Shown here: one piece after another, positions 1-9,300 of the stretch
Position numbering within the stretch: position 1 is the first letter of the stretch
Layout of the letters: each line of letters begins with the position of its first letter
Source of the DNA: a virus
Taxonomy: Duplodnaviria; Caudoviricetes
Strand: one strand, 5' to 3'
Length of the DNA: 40,358 nt
Virus record (IMG/VR): IMGVR_UViG_3300020440_000032
Span: 1 to 40,358 of that record
The notes under the pieces: model-generated
What the model saw: only the letters and a program-made list of their open reading frames with translations
Databases searched by the model: none
What the model was told of the DNA's origin: nothing
Translations under genes and position numbers: made by a program

Positions 1-19
1 ATTTATTATAATAGCACAT
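1..19 (-). promoter_or_regulatory. Putative divergent promoter (TG-C-TATTAT extended -10 followed by AATAAAT) firing out of the window's left end
   Basis: The minus strand reads ATGTGCTATTATAATAAAT, a 17/19 match to the + strand intergenic sequence at 34889-34907. Confidence 0.45.
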
Positions 20-29
20 AATGAAAGAA

Positions 30-36
30 ATAAATA
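30..36 (+). promoter_or_regulatory. T4-type late promoter core (ATAAATA)
   Basis: ATAAATA lies upstream of GAGGA (57-61) and ATG 74. The T4 gp55-dependent consensus is TATAAATA. Confidence 0.6.
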
Positions 37-73
37 GAGTAAAGTAATCAAATGATGAGGAAATATTACCAAA

Positions 74-1225
74 ATGACATTAGCAGTTAATCCGGTATCA
101 CAATTAGTACAAAAAGTTGATGCAGAAGTAAGTGCTGCACTAGCAGCAGCAGAAGTAGCCGTACCTGAAATAGGTAACGCTTTAGAAAAAGCAAAACTAG
201 ATGCTAAATTAGCTCAACTAGGAGGAGACATAGGTAGTGGTCTCAACATGGCTACAGCAACCGGCAGCGAACTTTTAGAAAATGTTACTACAGGAATGGG
301 TGGTGTTGTTAATAATAATCTTGGAGGAGGACTACCAGATAGTCTTGCAGGAATAGACGGAGCATCGGAGGCTGTAGGTACCTTTGGAAGCATAGTTGAT
401 GACGCTTCTGCTAAATTTGGCAACTCAGGAGTTGGTAATGAAATAAGTAATCTTGCAAGTAAATTCACAGGTGGCAATTTAGCAGGCGGCGCCCAGGCAA
501 TTGCAGGCAAAATAGCAGATGCAGCAGGCGCTCTAAATGATTTTTTAAGTTTAAAGCGTGGTGCAAATCTTCCTAAAGGAGGAGAGCTGTTTTCATCTTC
601 AGGTGAAGGTATTCAAGTATTACCACAGACCGGTACAGATTGGAGAGTAAGAATTTCATGTGACTGGAGTTTGTTTCCAGGTAATCCCCAGTTCGAACTT
701 TTACAAAAAACAAAAGGTGCTGTATTTCCTATCTTACCTGAAATTACTTTTTCAACTAAAGCAAATTACACACAAATTGATCCTATACATAACAACTATC
801 CTTTCCAGGCATATAAGAATTCACAGATAGATGAAATAATGATTAATGGTACGTTTATTGTAGAAGATGAAACTCAGGCAGCATACTGGATAGCAATGAC
901 AACTTTCTTTAAAACAATGACAAAAATGTTTTTCGGCCAAGGTGCAAATGTTGGTGCTCCGCCTCCGGTTTGTAGATTAACAGGTTATGGTGCGAGTGTG
1001 TTTGATAATGTGCCAGTAGTTGTAAAATCTTTCTCAGTTGATTTAGGCAGCGATATACAATACAAACGTTGTAATGCTTTTGGAACAAATACTTGGGTAC
1101 CAATTGAAAGTAGTGTTAATGTTACTGTACAACCAGTTTACAACAGAAGAAATTTAAGACAGTTTAGTTTAACAGATTATGCAAAAGGCAATTTGAAAAC
1201 ACCGTCGGGTATGGGTTACTTATAA
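74..1225 (+). CDS. Baseplate tail-tube initiator/cap-like protein (T4 gp48/gp54-like tube fold) with an Ala/Gly-rich N-terminal extension
   Basis: 383 aa. The C-terminal ~190 aa (DWRVRIS...FPILPEITF...INGTF...GAPPPVCRLTGYG...VPVVVKSFSVDL) resembles tube-fold baseplate proteins. It sits directly upstream of the gp53-like gene with a TAATG overlap. Confidence 0.6.
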   Translation: MTLAVNPVSQLVQKVDAEVSAALAAAEVAVPEIGNALEKAKLDAKLAQLGGDIGSGLNMATATGSELLENVTTGMGGVVNNNLGGGLPDSLAGIDGASEAVGTFGSIVDDASAKFGNSGVGNEISNLASKFTGGNLAGGAQAIAGKIADAAGALNDFLSLKRGANLPKGGELFSSSGEGIQVLPQTGTDWRVRISCDWSLFPGNPQFELLQKTKGAVFPILPEITFSTKANYTQIDPIHNNYPFQAYKNSQIDEIMINGTFIVEDETQAAYWIAMTTFFKTMTKMFFGQGANVGAPPPVCRLTGYGASVFDNVPVVVKSFSVDLGSDIQYKRCNAFGTNTWVPIESSVNVTVQPVYNRRNLRQFSLTDYAKGNLKTPSGMGYL

Positions 1226-1524
1226 TGGCAACGTATAGACAAACATCACCATATTCAGCAACACGTCAAAATAATTTGTATCTCGAATTATTAAGCATCA
1301 GACCTGTACCAGCAGAGAGGGACGATTACTTATATACTATTGAAAATCAATATAACAGACGTCCTGATCTATTAGCGTATGATTTGTATGGCGATTCTAA
1401 ACTATGGTGGGTATTTGTGCAAAGAAACATGGAAACAATAAAAGATCCTATATACGATTTTGTACCAGGAACAAAAATTTACATACCTAAAGAATCGAAC
1501 CTCAAAAAGTACCTAGGAGTTTAA
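1225..1524 (+). CDS. Baseplate wedge protein, T4 gp53-like (LysM-like)
   Basis: 99 aa with the motif YTIE..Y.RRPDLLAYDLYGDSKLWWVF..RN...KIYIP, typical of gp53/P2 gpX LysM-like baseplate proteins. Confidence 0.85.
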   Translation: MATYRQTSPYSATRQNNLYLELLSIRPVPAERDDYLYTIENQYNRRPDLLAYDLYGDSKLWWVFVQRNMETIKDPIYDFVPGTKIYIPKESNLKKYLGV

Positions 1525-1525
1525 A

Positions 1526-4066
1526 ATGGCTGACTTGAAAGAGTACAGGATTCAGTCAAATGGCAGTGCAATAAATGTCAACATCACTGATGAGGTTAAA
1601 CAGCAACCTTACATTACTACTAGAATTAATGGAAAAGACGCTAAGGTTTACGGAACACAGCAACAGTTAGACGATTATAAAAATAAAAAACCAGACGGTA
1701 CTAAAACACAGCCTTTTAAAACTGATACTTCAGTTACAGAAGCAGATGCAAAAAAAGCGATTGCTGAATTAAAAGCAGTGCTTAATATAGATGAAGAGAA
1801 TAAAGATGCTGCCGGTGACACTGAAGAATACATACCAAAAAATGCTGGATCGTCTGGAAAAAATCTAAACAATACATTTCAAAATCCATTAGCGGACTTT
1901 GCATCAATAAACCATTTATGGACTATGGCTGTGCTTACTCCTAAGCAGTTTAATAATCCTAATTTATATAGAAATTCAGTAGGACTAGGATTTGCAGCCC
2001 AGAGCTATGATGTGTCCTCTACTGTTGTAAGAGAGAATCAAGATGGAAGTTTCGAAGAAACTAGAACTGCTACATTGCAGTCAAGCGTTGTTTTTAGTAG
2101 TGCAGGTAGAGGCGATGCAGAAAGAGTAAACACTCAGTACGGTAAACCCGAATACTTTGTAGACAATTTTCAAATGACATCTGTAATTGCTGCGACACCT
2201 AAGACAGGAAATCAAAATGCAATTAATTTTACATTTGATATACTTGAACCTTTTTCAATGGGGTTGTTTTTGCAGAGTTTACAAAACGCAGCAATCAAAG
2301 CAGGATATGTGAATTATTTAGATTCGCCTTTTTTACTGAAACTTGATATAATAGGTTTCGACGAAAGTGCAAAAATAAAGAAAACAATTAAACCTAAATA
2401 CTTTATTTTAAAATTAAAAAAAGTAACATTTACAGTTGACGAAACAGGAAGCAAGTATGCTGTTGAAGCATACCCTTACAACCATCAAGGTTTTTCAGAT
2501 ACAGTAGATACAGCATTCACTGACATTAACATAAGCATAACAACAGATACAGGGTCTGACGCAGATTCTAATCCAGATGAGAAAGGCACAGTTAGAGATT
2601 TATTAGCAACTGGTAAAAATAGTTTGGTTGCTTTACTAAACAAAAATGAAGAACTTGCTGTCAAACAGGGAAGATATGATGTAAAAGATAGATATGAAAT
2701 ACATTTTCCTGAAAAGTCCAATCAACGATTTACTAAAAACGATCAATTTAGTAATGACGCAAATGCAAGTGCAAGTTTTGATCCTGCAGGCTCGAAACAA
2801 AAAGCAGTAGGCGGAACAGATGTAGACTCTACTACAAGTAAAGACATTGGTAATAATCCTATTTCTAAATCTAAATTTGGATTTGATGTCAGAAAGGGAG
2901 GTAACTTTCCTTTCAAAACTGATAAAGATGTAGTTGACGAAGAAACAGGCCGTGTCAAAAGAGGCATCATGCAAATAGACGAATCTGCAAGATCATTTCA
3001 TTTTACACAGAAACAAAAATTAACAGATATTATCACACAGGTAATTTTAAGTTCGACCTGGGCCAAAGAAGTTACACAGAAGGCTACGAAAGCAGACGGT
3101 ATGGTAGATTGGTTTAAGATTGATACACAAATAGAATTCCTAGATTATGATGCATCTATTGGAGATTTTGCAAAGAAATATGTTTACAGAGTTGTGCCTT
3201 TTAAAGTTCACTCTAGCATTTTTAGTAATCCTAATGCTGTACCTGTTGGATATGATAATTTAGAAAAACAAATTGTTAAACAATATGACTATATCTATTC
3301 AGGACAGAATACAGAAATTTTAAGTTTTGATATAGAAATAAATTATCTATTTTACAGCGGAGCAAATCCACAATCAGAAACAAAAACCAAAGACGAACAA
3401 AATAGAGATAATAATGGTCCTGGGGAAAACAAACCTTTAGAAACAAAACAAAGTAAAGGTAATGAATCTAAAGCGCAGGCTGCTAACTTAGGTAAAAGTA
3501 AAGTTAAGAAAAATCCAGATCTATTTAACACACTGAGAGGTGGTTCGGGTAACATAGGTGTAGAACAAAAAATTGCTGAAAGTTTTCACGATGCTTTTAT
3601 TAATGTAACAAGTGCTGACTTAGTAAAAATAAACTTTACTATTATGGGAGATACTTATTACTTAATTGATAGCGGTCTAAGTAATTATTTTGCTGCTGAG
3701 TCAAGTGTATCTAATCAACTTACCGAAGACGGTACAATGAATTATGAAGGTAGAGATGTTTACATATACATCACATTTAGAACTCCCGCTGATATCAATC
3801 AAAGAACCGGTGGTTTTGAATTTGATGAAGGAGTAAGTCCTTTCAGCGGAATTTACAGAGTAATTAAAGTTATTAGTAAATTTGAAGGCGGAACATTTAA
3901 ACAGGAACTTCAGTGTGTAAGAATGCAAGCACAGCCAACAGACTTTGATGGAGAAACTGTTTCCACAGACAAACAAACTGGTAAAACTGTTGAAATTACC
4001 GGCGAAAGCAAAGAAATTACAAATACTAGTGAAGAGGTAGAAATTGATACTGGCGATTTTGAGTAA
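1526..4066 (+). CDS. Putative baseplate hub protein (gp27/P2 gpD-like), enlarged
   Basis: 846 aa, located between the gp53-like and gp5-like genes. The C-terminal INFTIMGD...FSGIYRVIKVISKFEGGTFKQELQCVR resembles the C-terminal barrel of hub proteins. Confidence 0.6.
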   Translation: MADLKEYRIQSNGSAINVNITDEVKQQPYITTRINGKDAKVYGTQQQLDDYKNKKPDGTKTQPFKTDTSVTEADAKKAIAELKAVLNIDEENKDAAGDTEEYIPKNAGSSGKNLNNTFQNPLADFASINHLWTMAVLTPKQFNNPNLYRNSVGLGFAAQSYDVSSTVVRENQDGSFEETRTATLQSSVVFSSAGRGDAERVNTQYGKPEYFVDNFQMTSVIAATPKTGNQNAINFTFDILEPFSMGLFLQSLQNAAIKAGYVNYLDSPFLLKLDIIGFDESAKIKKTIKPKYFILKLKKVTFTVDETGSKYAVEAYPYNHQGFSDTVDTAFTDINISITTDTGSDADSNPDEKGTVRDLLATGKNSLVALLNKNEELAVKQGRYDVKDRYEIHFPEKSNQRFTKNDQFSNDANASASFDPAGSKQKAVGGTDVDSTTSKDIGNNPISKSKFGFDVRKGGNFPFKTDKDVVDEETGRVKRGIMQIDESARSFHFTQKQKLTDIITQVILSSTWAKEVTQKATKADGMVDWFKIDTQIEFLDYDASIGDFAKKYVYRVVPFKVHSSIFSNPNAVPVGYDNLEKQIVKQYDYIYSGQNTEILSFDIEINYLFYSGANPQSETKTKDEQNRDNNGPGENKPLETKQSKGNESKAQAANLGKSKVKKNPDLFNTLRGGSGNIGVEQKIAESFHDAFINVTSADLVKINFTIMGDTYYLIDSGLSNYFAAESSVSNQLTEDGTMNYEGRDVYIYITFRTPADINQRTGGFEFDEGVSPFSGIYRVIKVISKFEGGTFKQELQCVRMQAQPTDFDGETVSTDKQTGKTVEITGESKEITNTSEEVEIDTGDFE

Positions 4067-4076
4067 GGAAATATAA

Positions 4077-5882
4077 ATGGCAATACAAAGAAGAAAACCT
4101 GCCGGTGAAACACGCGGTGTAAATTTAGGATCAGGAGTTTACCTTGCAAAAGTTGTGAGTGTAATGGATCCTTCATTTAACGGTCGACTGCGTGTGACTT
4201 TATTAAAATCACAAGGTAATGATGTAGGCGCTGACAACCAAACTTACACCGTTAATTACGCATCGCCTTTCTTTGGATATACTCCTTTTCCAGCAATGGG
4301 CAAAAACAACGAAGACTTTAACGATACACAGAAATCATATGGAATGTGGTTTGTTCCACCTGATGTAGGTGTCACTGTTATGTGTGTATTTGTTGACGGC
4401 AATCCAGGAGAAGGTTATTGGTTTGCTTGCCTACCACCAAACTTTGCCAACAACATGGTTCCGGCAATAGCAGGTTCTACCGAAGTAGCGTTAACTGATG
4501 CAGATAAGAAAAAGTTTGATACTAAACAGCCACTTCCAGTAGGAGAAATTAATAAAAGATTTAATCAAGAAGCAGCAGAAAAAGATCCAGATAAAATTAA
4601 AAAACCTGTTCATCCTATAGCAGATAGATTTCTTGAACAAGGAACACTCGAAGATGATGTTAGAGGCGTAACAACAACTTCGGCAAGAAGACAAACACCA
4701 AATGCTGCCTTTGGTATTTCTACTCCAGGTCCGTTAGATTGGAGAGACGGAAGCAAAAGAATGACCACAGGACCTAGCGACAATCAATCACTTACTCCTG
4801 TTGCAGTAAGTAGGCTAGGCGGCACACAATTTGTCATGGACGACGGTGACGATAGATATGTTAGGCAGACCACAGCAGACAAAGGACCTGTCAAATATAT
4901 TGATGTAATTGAAAAAAGATTTGCTGATTCAGAAAATAAACAAACAACAGAAAAAGGCGATCCTACTGTTCCTTACAATGAATATACTAGATTAAGAACT
5001 AGAACCGGACACCAACTACTTTTACACAACTCAGAAGATTTAATTTATATAGGAAACAGTAAAGGCACAGCGTGGGTAGAATTAACTTCTAATGGTAAAA
5101 TAGATATCTATGCAGCAGACAGTATAAGTTTACACACAGAAAATGATTTGAATATAAAAGCAGACAGAGATGTTAATATTGAAGCAGGAAGAAATATAAA
5201 CATGAAAGCAACTGCTGAATATGTTTCCGAATCAGAATTGCATAGAAGAGACGAAGAAGGAAATCCTATACCTAAAATACAGGATGGTAACGAATACGAA
5301 GCAGGAAGAATCCAAATAGAAAGCGCATTCAATACTAATATATTAATAGGTGCAAATGGTAAGATAGAAACTAGAACATATAAAAATAAAGACGATGTAG
5401 ATGTAAATGGCTCTCTAGATATTAGTGTGGTAGGATCAACAAAAATTTCTACAGGTTATGGAGTAGTTGCACCTCATGATTTCGAATTAAAAGTATTTGG
5501 CGACACACTTGTTAAAACAACAGGTAATTTAGATTTAAATACAGATGGAAATAATGCTTACACAGCAGGCGGCACAACCGATATACTAAGTGGTGGTAAT
5601 CATACTGAAACAGCAGCAGAAATCCATATGAACGGACCAGAGGCTAGAGAAGCAGAAGAGGCTAGACAAGCAGCAACTATTGCAGCATTACATCTTCATA
5701 CAACTTTGTTTACTAATCCAGATGTTGGATGGCCTAAATTAAAGTATAATGATGGAACTATTAAAACAATTATGAAACGTGTACCAATGCATGAACCTTG
5801 GCCGTTGCATGAGAATAATTCTCCTGCATTACAAAATGAAACGTTTACCGACAGAGAACCAAAGGAAAAACCAAAGGAGTAG
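4077..5882 (+). CDS. Baseplate central spike protein (gp5/VgrG-like OB fold plus beta-helix), no lysozyme domain
   Basis: 601 aa. N-terminal OB-fold motif (YLAKVVSVMDP..NGRLRV...YGMWFVPPDVGVTVMCVF), RLRTRTGHQLLLH, beta-helix repeats (IDIYAADSISLHTENDLNIKADRDVNIEAGRNINMKA) and His motifs near the C-terminus. Confidence 0.85.
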   Translation: MAIQRRKPAGETRGVNLGSGVYLAKVVSVMDPSFNGRLRVTLLKSQGNDVGADNQTYTVNYASPFFGYTPFPAMGKNNEDFNDTQKSYGMWFVPPDVGVTVMCVFVDGNPGEGYWFACLPPNFANNMVPAIAGSTEVALTDADKKKFDTKQPLPVGEINKRFNQEAAEKDPDKIKKPVHPIADRFLEQGTLEDDVRGVTTTSARRQTPNAAFGISTPGPLDWRDGSKRMTTGPSDNQSLTPVAVSRLGGTQFVMDDGDDRYVRQTTADKGPVKYIDVIEKRFADSENKQTTEKGDPTVPYNEYTRLRTRTGHQLLLHNSEDLIYIGNSKGTAWVELTSNGKIDIYAADSISLHTENDLNIKADRDVNIEAGRNINMKATAEYVSESELHRRDEEGNPIPKIQDGNEYEAGRIQIESAFNTNILIGANGKIETRTYKNKDDVDVNGSLDISVVGSTKISTGYGVVAPHDFELKVFGDTLVKTTGNLDLNTDGNNAYTAGGTTDILSGGNHTETAAEIHMNGPEAREAEEARQAATIAALHLHTTLFTNPDVGWPKLKYNDGTIKTIMKRVPMHEPWPLHENNSPALQNETFTDREPKEKPKE

Positions 5883-5885
5883 TAT

Positions 5886-6323
5886 ATGAAAAAAATATAC
5901 AATCAAAAAACAGTAGCAGTCAATCAGGCTAGTGTTGGTAGTGTAGGAGCAAATACTTTTACATATAGAGGCTTTTCTTCAAAAAACAAAAAAAGCGGAT
6001 TTAAATTATATGACATTGACTTGGTAAAACAAGATATTATCAACCATTTTTATATAAGGAAAGGCGAGAAACTAGAAAATCCTACTTTTGGTACAATAAT
6101 ATGGGATATGTTGTTCGAACAGTTTACTGAAGAAGTAAAAACATTGATTGCTAATGATGTTGAAACTATTATTAATTATGATCCTAGAGTAGTAGTGCAA
6201 AGTGTTAGCGTAGATAGTACCGAGCAAGGTATGAGAATTGAAGCGGATGTGGTATATGTACCTTTTAATGTTACCGAAAGAATGCGCTTTAATTTCGACA
6301 GAAATAACTCGGTAATAAACTGA
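5886..6323 (+). CDS. Baseplate wedge/sheath initiator, T4 gp25-like
   Basis: 145 aa with DIDLVKQDIINHFYIRKGEKLENPTFGTIIWDMLFE...YDPRV, matching the GPW_gp25 pattern. AAGGAG RBS at 5874-5879. Confidence 0.92.
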   Translation: MKKIYNQKTVAVNQASVGSVGANTFTYRGFSSKNKKSGFKLYDIDLVKQDIINHFYIRKGEKLENPTFGTIIWDMLFEQFTEEVKTLIANDVETIINYDPRVVVQSVSVDSTEQGMRIEADVVYVPFNVTERMRFNFDRNNSVIN

Positions 6324-6341
6324 GCACTTAATTACAAGGGC

Positions 6342-6347
6342 TAAATA
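6342..6347 (+). promoter_or_regulatory. T4-type late promoter core (TAAATA)
   Basis: GCTAAATA in the intergenic gap before gp6, followed by AGGA and ATG 6368. Confidence 0.55.
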
Positions 6348-6367
6348 TTACAATAGGATAATAGTTA

Positions 6368-9300
6368 ATGAGCACAACGTCAAGACAGAACAATTTAATA
6401 CTAAATCAAGACTGGACACGCATCTATCAAACGTTTAGAAATGCGGATTTCAAGTCCTATGATTTTGAAAATATTCGTAGAGTAATTATTTCATATCTAC
6501 GTGAGAATTATCCTGAAGATTTCAATGATTACATTGAAAGTTCTGAGTATATGGCGCTAGTAGATGCAGTAGCATTCCTAGGACAAAGCATTAGTTTTAG
6601 ACTAGATTTAGCAAGTAGAGAGAATTTTTTAGAACTAGCAGAACGTAAAGAAAGTGTGCTTAGAATTGCAAGGATGCTTTCTTATAATGCTAAGAGAAAC
6701 ATAGGTGCAAGTGGCCTTTTAAAATTTAATACTATTACAACTACAGAAAATATTATAGATAGCAATGGTCGTAATTTGGCTCAACAAACTGTAAAATGGA
6801 ATGATCCTACAAACAGTAATTGGGCAGAACAATTTATCTTAGTTCTTAACTCTGCTATGGCAGACAATACAGAATTTGGTAGAAGCCAAGGTGCTGCTAA
6901 CATACAAGGTATACCTACTGAACAGTATAGATTTAGAACTACATCTAACGATGTCCCATTATACAATTTTACTAAATCTGTCGCAGGTAGAAATATGGCT
7001 TTTGAAATTGTAAGCACAACTTTTAAAGAACAAGAAGTAATTTATGAAGAAGCACCAACCCCAGGAAACCAGTTAGGATTTTTATACAGACAGGACGGTA
7101 AAGGTAGTGCCAGTGCAAACACAGGTTTCTTCTTACAGTTTAAACAAGGTAGTTTAGAGTTTGCAGACTTTGCTATTGATACTCCTACTACAAATGAAAC
7201 TATTGCTATAGAAACAGATAACATCAATAACGATGACTTATGGTTGTTCGGCCTTAATAGTTTAGGCGGCCAAGAACGTGAGTGGACTAAAGTTAATAGT
7301 TTAACAGGAAATAATATTGCTTATAATAGTATTGTTGGAAACGTAAAAAATATCTATTCTGTTTCTACGCAACCTAACGATAAAGTTAATTTAGTATTTG
7401 CAGATGGAACTTATGGAAATTTACCGCAAGGATCATTTAGAACATATTACAGAGTAAGTAACGGACTTGAATATTCTATTGCTCCTAACGACATGAAGGG
7501 AATATCAATAGATATTAATTATGTAAACAAGTCTGGTATAGCGCATACTCTAACAGTTAATTTAGGACTACAGTATACTGTCAACAATGCAGCAGCAACA
7601 GAAAGCACAGACACAATTCGTCAAAATGCTCCTGCACTTTATTACACACAAAACAGAATGATTACAGGTGAGGATTATAACCTTGCTCCATTAGCCAGTT
7701 CACAAAATATTTTAAAAATTAAAGCCGTTAACAGAACTTCAAGCGGCATTAGCAGAAACTATGATTTTGTAGATGCAAGCGGAAAGTATAGTGCTGTTAA
7801 TGTTTTTGCTGACGACGGATACATTTATAAACAAGAAGCAGAAAGAAGTTTATTCTTAAAGTTTACAAGTAAAACAGAAATAATTAACTTCTTAAGAAAT
7901 AATATTGAAGGTGCATTTACTGATAAGGATTTATATAATTTTTATATTACAAAATATGAAAGGATTGCATTTAGTGAACAAACAACAGTATGGACTAGTA
8001 TTACAAATGATTTGAATAGCGGTACTGGTTATTTTACAAACACTATTGATAACAGTTTACTAAAAGTAGGAACTTACTCGACAAGCAGTTTAAAATTCTT
8101 AACGGTTGGATCAGTAATTAAATTTACTGCTCCTGAAGGCTATCATTTTATGACTAGTCAAAGTAATAAGTTAATGGCAGGAGAAGCAGATCATACAGGA
8201 AGTTCTAAATATATATGGGCTAAAGTGCAATCAATTGTAGGCGACGGTACAAATGCTGATAGAGGAGCGTTGGCAAACGGACTAGGACCTATTACTTTTA
8301 ATGAAAATATTCCGGACGGAGCAATTGCAACTAATATTGTTCCTAAATTTGTTAATGATTTAAATGCTGCATTAGAAACAGAAATTACAAACCTTATGTT
8401 TGCTAACTTAAATTTTGGTTTGAGATACGACACTGCGGACACTTCATGGAAGATTATACAAAATCAAAATTTAGATTTAGTTAATAATTTTAACTTAGGT
8501 AAAGCAGGTGATACTACAAATGAAAATCTTGATGCATCTTGGTTGTTTGCATTTGTGAAGGATAATGATCAATACGTAGTCAGAATCAGAACACTTAATT
8601 ATGTGTTTGGTAGTGTGCAACAAAATAGATTTTATTTTGACAAAAATGAAATTGCATATAACAATCTGACAGGTAGAATTGCCAAAGACACAGTCAATGT
8701 TTTAGGAATTAATAGTCAAACTACTAGCTCTACAGCGTTAGGTAGAGATTATAAGTTTGAAATTACTGATACTATAGAGTTTGATGATGGATACGAAAGC
8801 GCCAAAGAAATAAAATTAAGTTTTAGTGATACTGATAGTGACGGTGTTGTTGACGATCCAGATTCATTTATACAAGTTGTAGGTGCAGATGTTGAAGCAA
8901 ATTATTTGTTTTTCAAAAGAAGAACAGACGAATATGGCACAGATGTTTTAGATCTTTTTAACAATTCAAATGATACAATTATTATTAGAGATAAAGAATC
9001 ATCCGTAAATGTAAATGACTTTGATGATAATCAATTAATTTACTTTAGTGACGTTGCAGAAAACGTTGTTAAAAGAGTCAACAAAACAACTAACACACTT
9101 GATTTAGATAGTTCTTATGTTGCATATGTTGGAAGAAGAGATATAAAATTCCAATACACACATTCTGCTAGTGAAAACAGAAGAATTGATCCTAGCGTAA
9201 CTAATATTGTTGATTTGTATCTATTAACCAAAAATTACGATATTGCATATAGAAATTATCTTGCTGGAGCAACTGCTGAACCAACTGCTCCTACTACAGA

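Noticed and set aside
5640-5676. Short direct repeat GAGGCTAGA in gp5 (EAREAEEARQAA)
   Set aside because: A two-copy micro-duplication in an Ala/Glu linker with no sign of further significance.
5880-5888. gp5 and gp25 are in the same frame, separated only by TAG-TAT (possible amber readthrough or recoded TAG)
   Set aside because: gp25 has its own AAGGAG RBS. The other TAG stops (26681, 28586) are followed shortly by in-frame TAA, and the long genes are intact under the standard code, so nothing indicates recoding.
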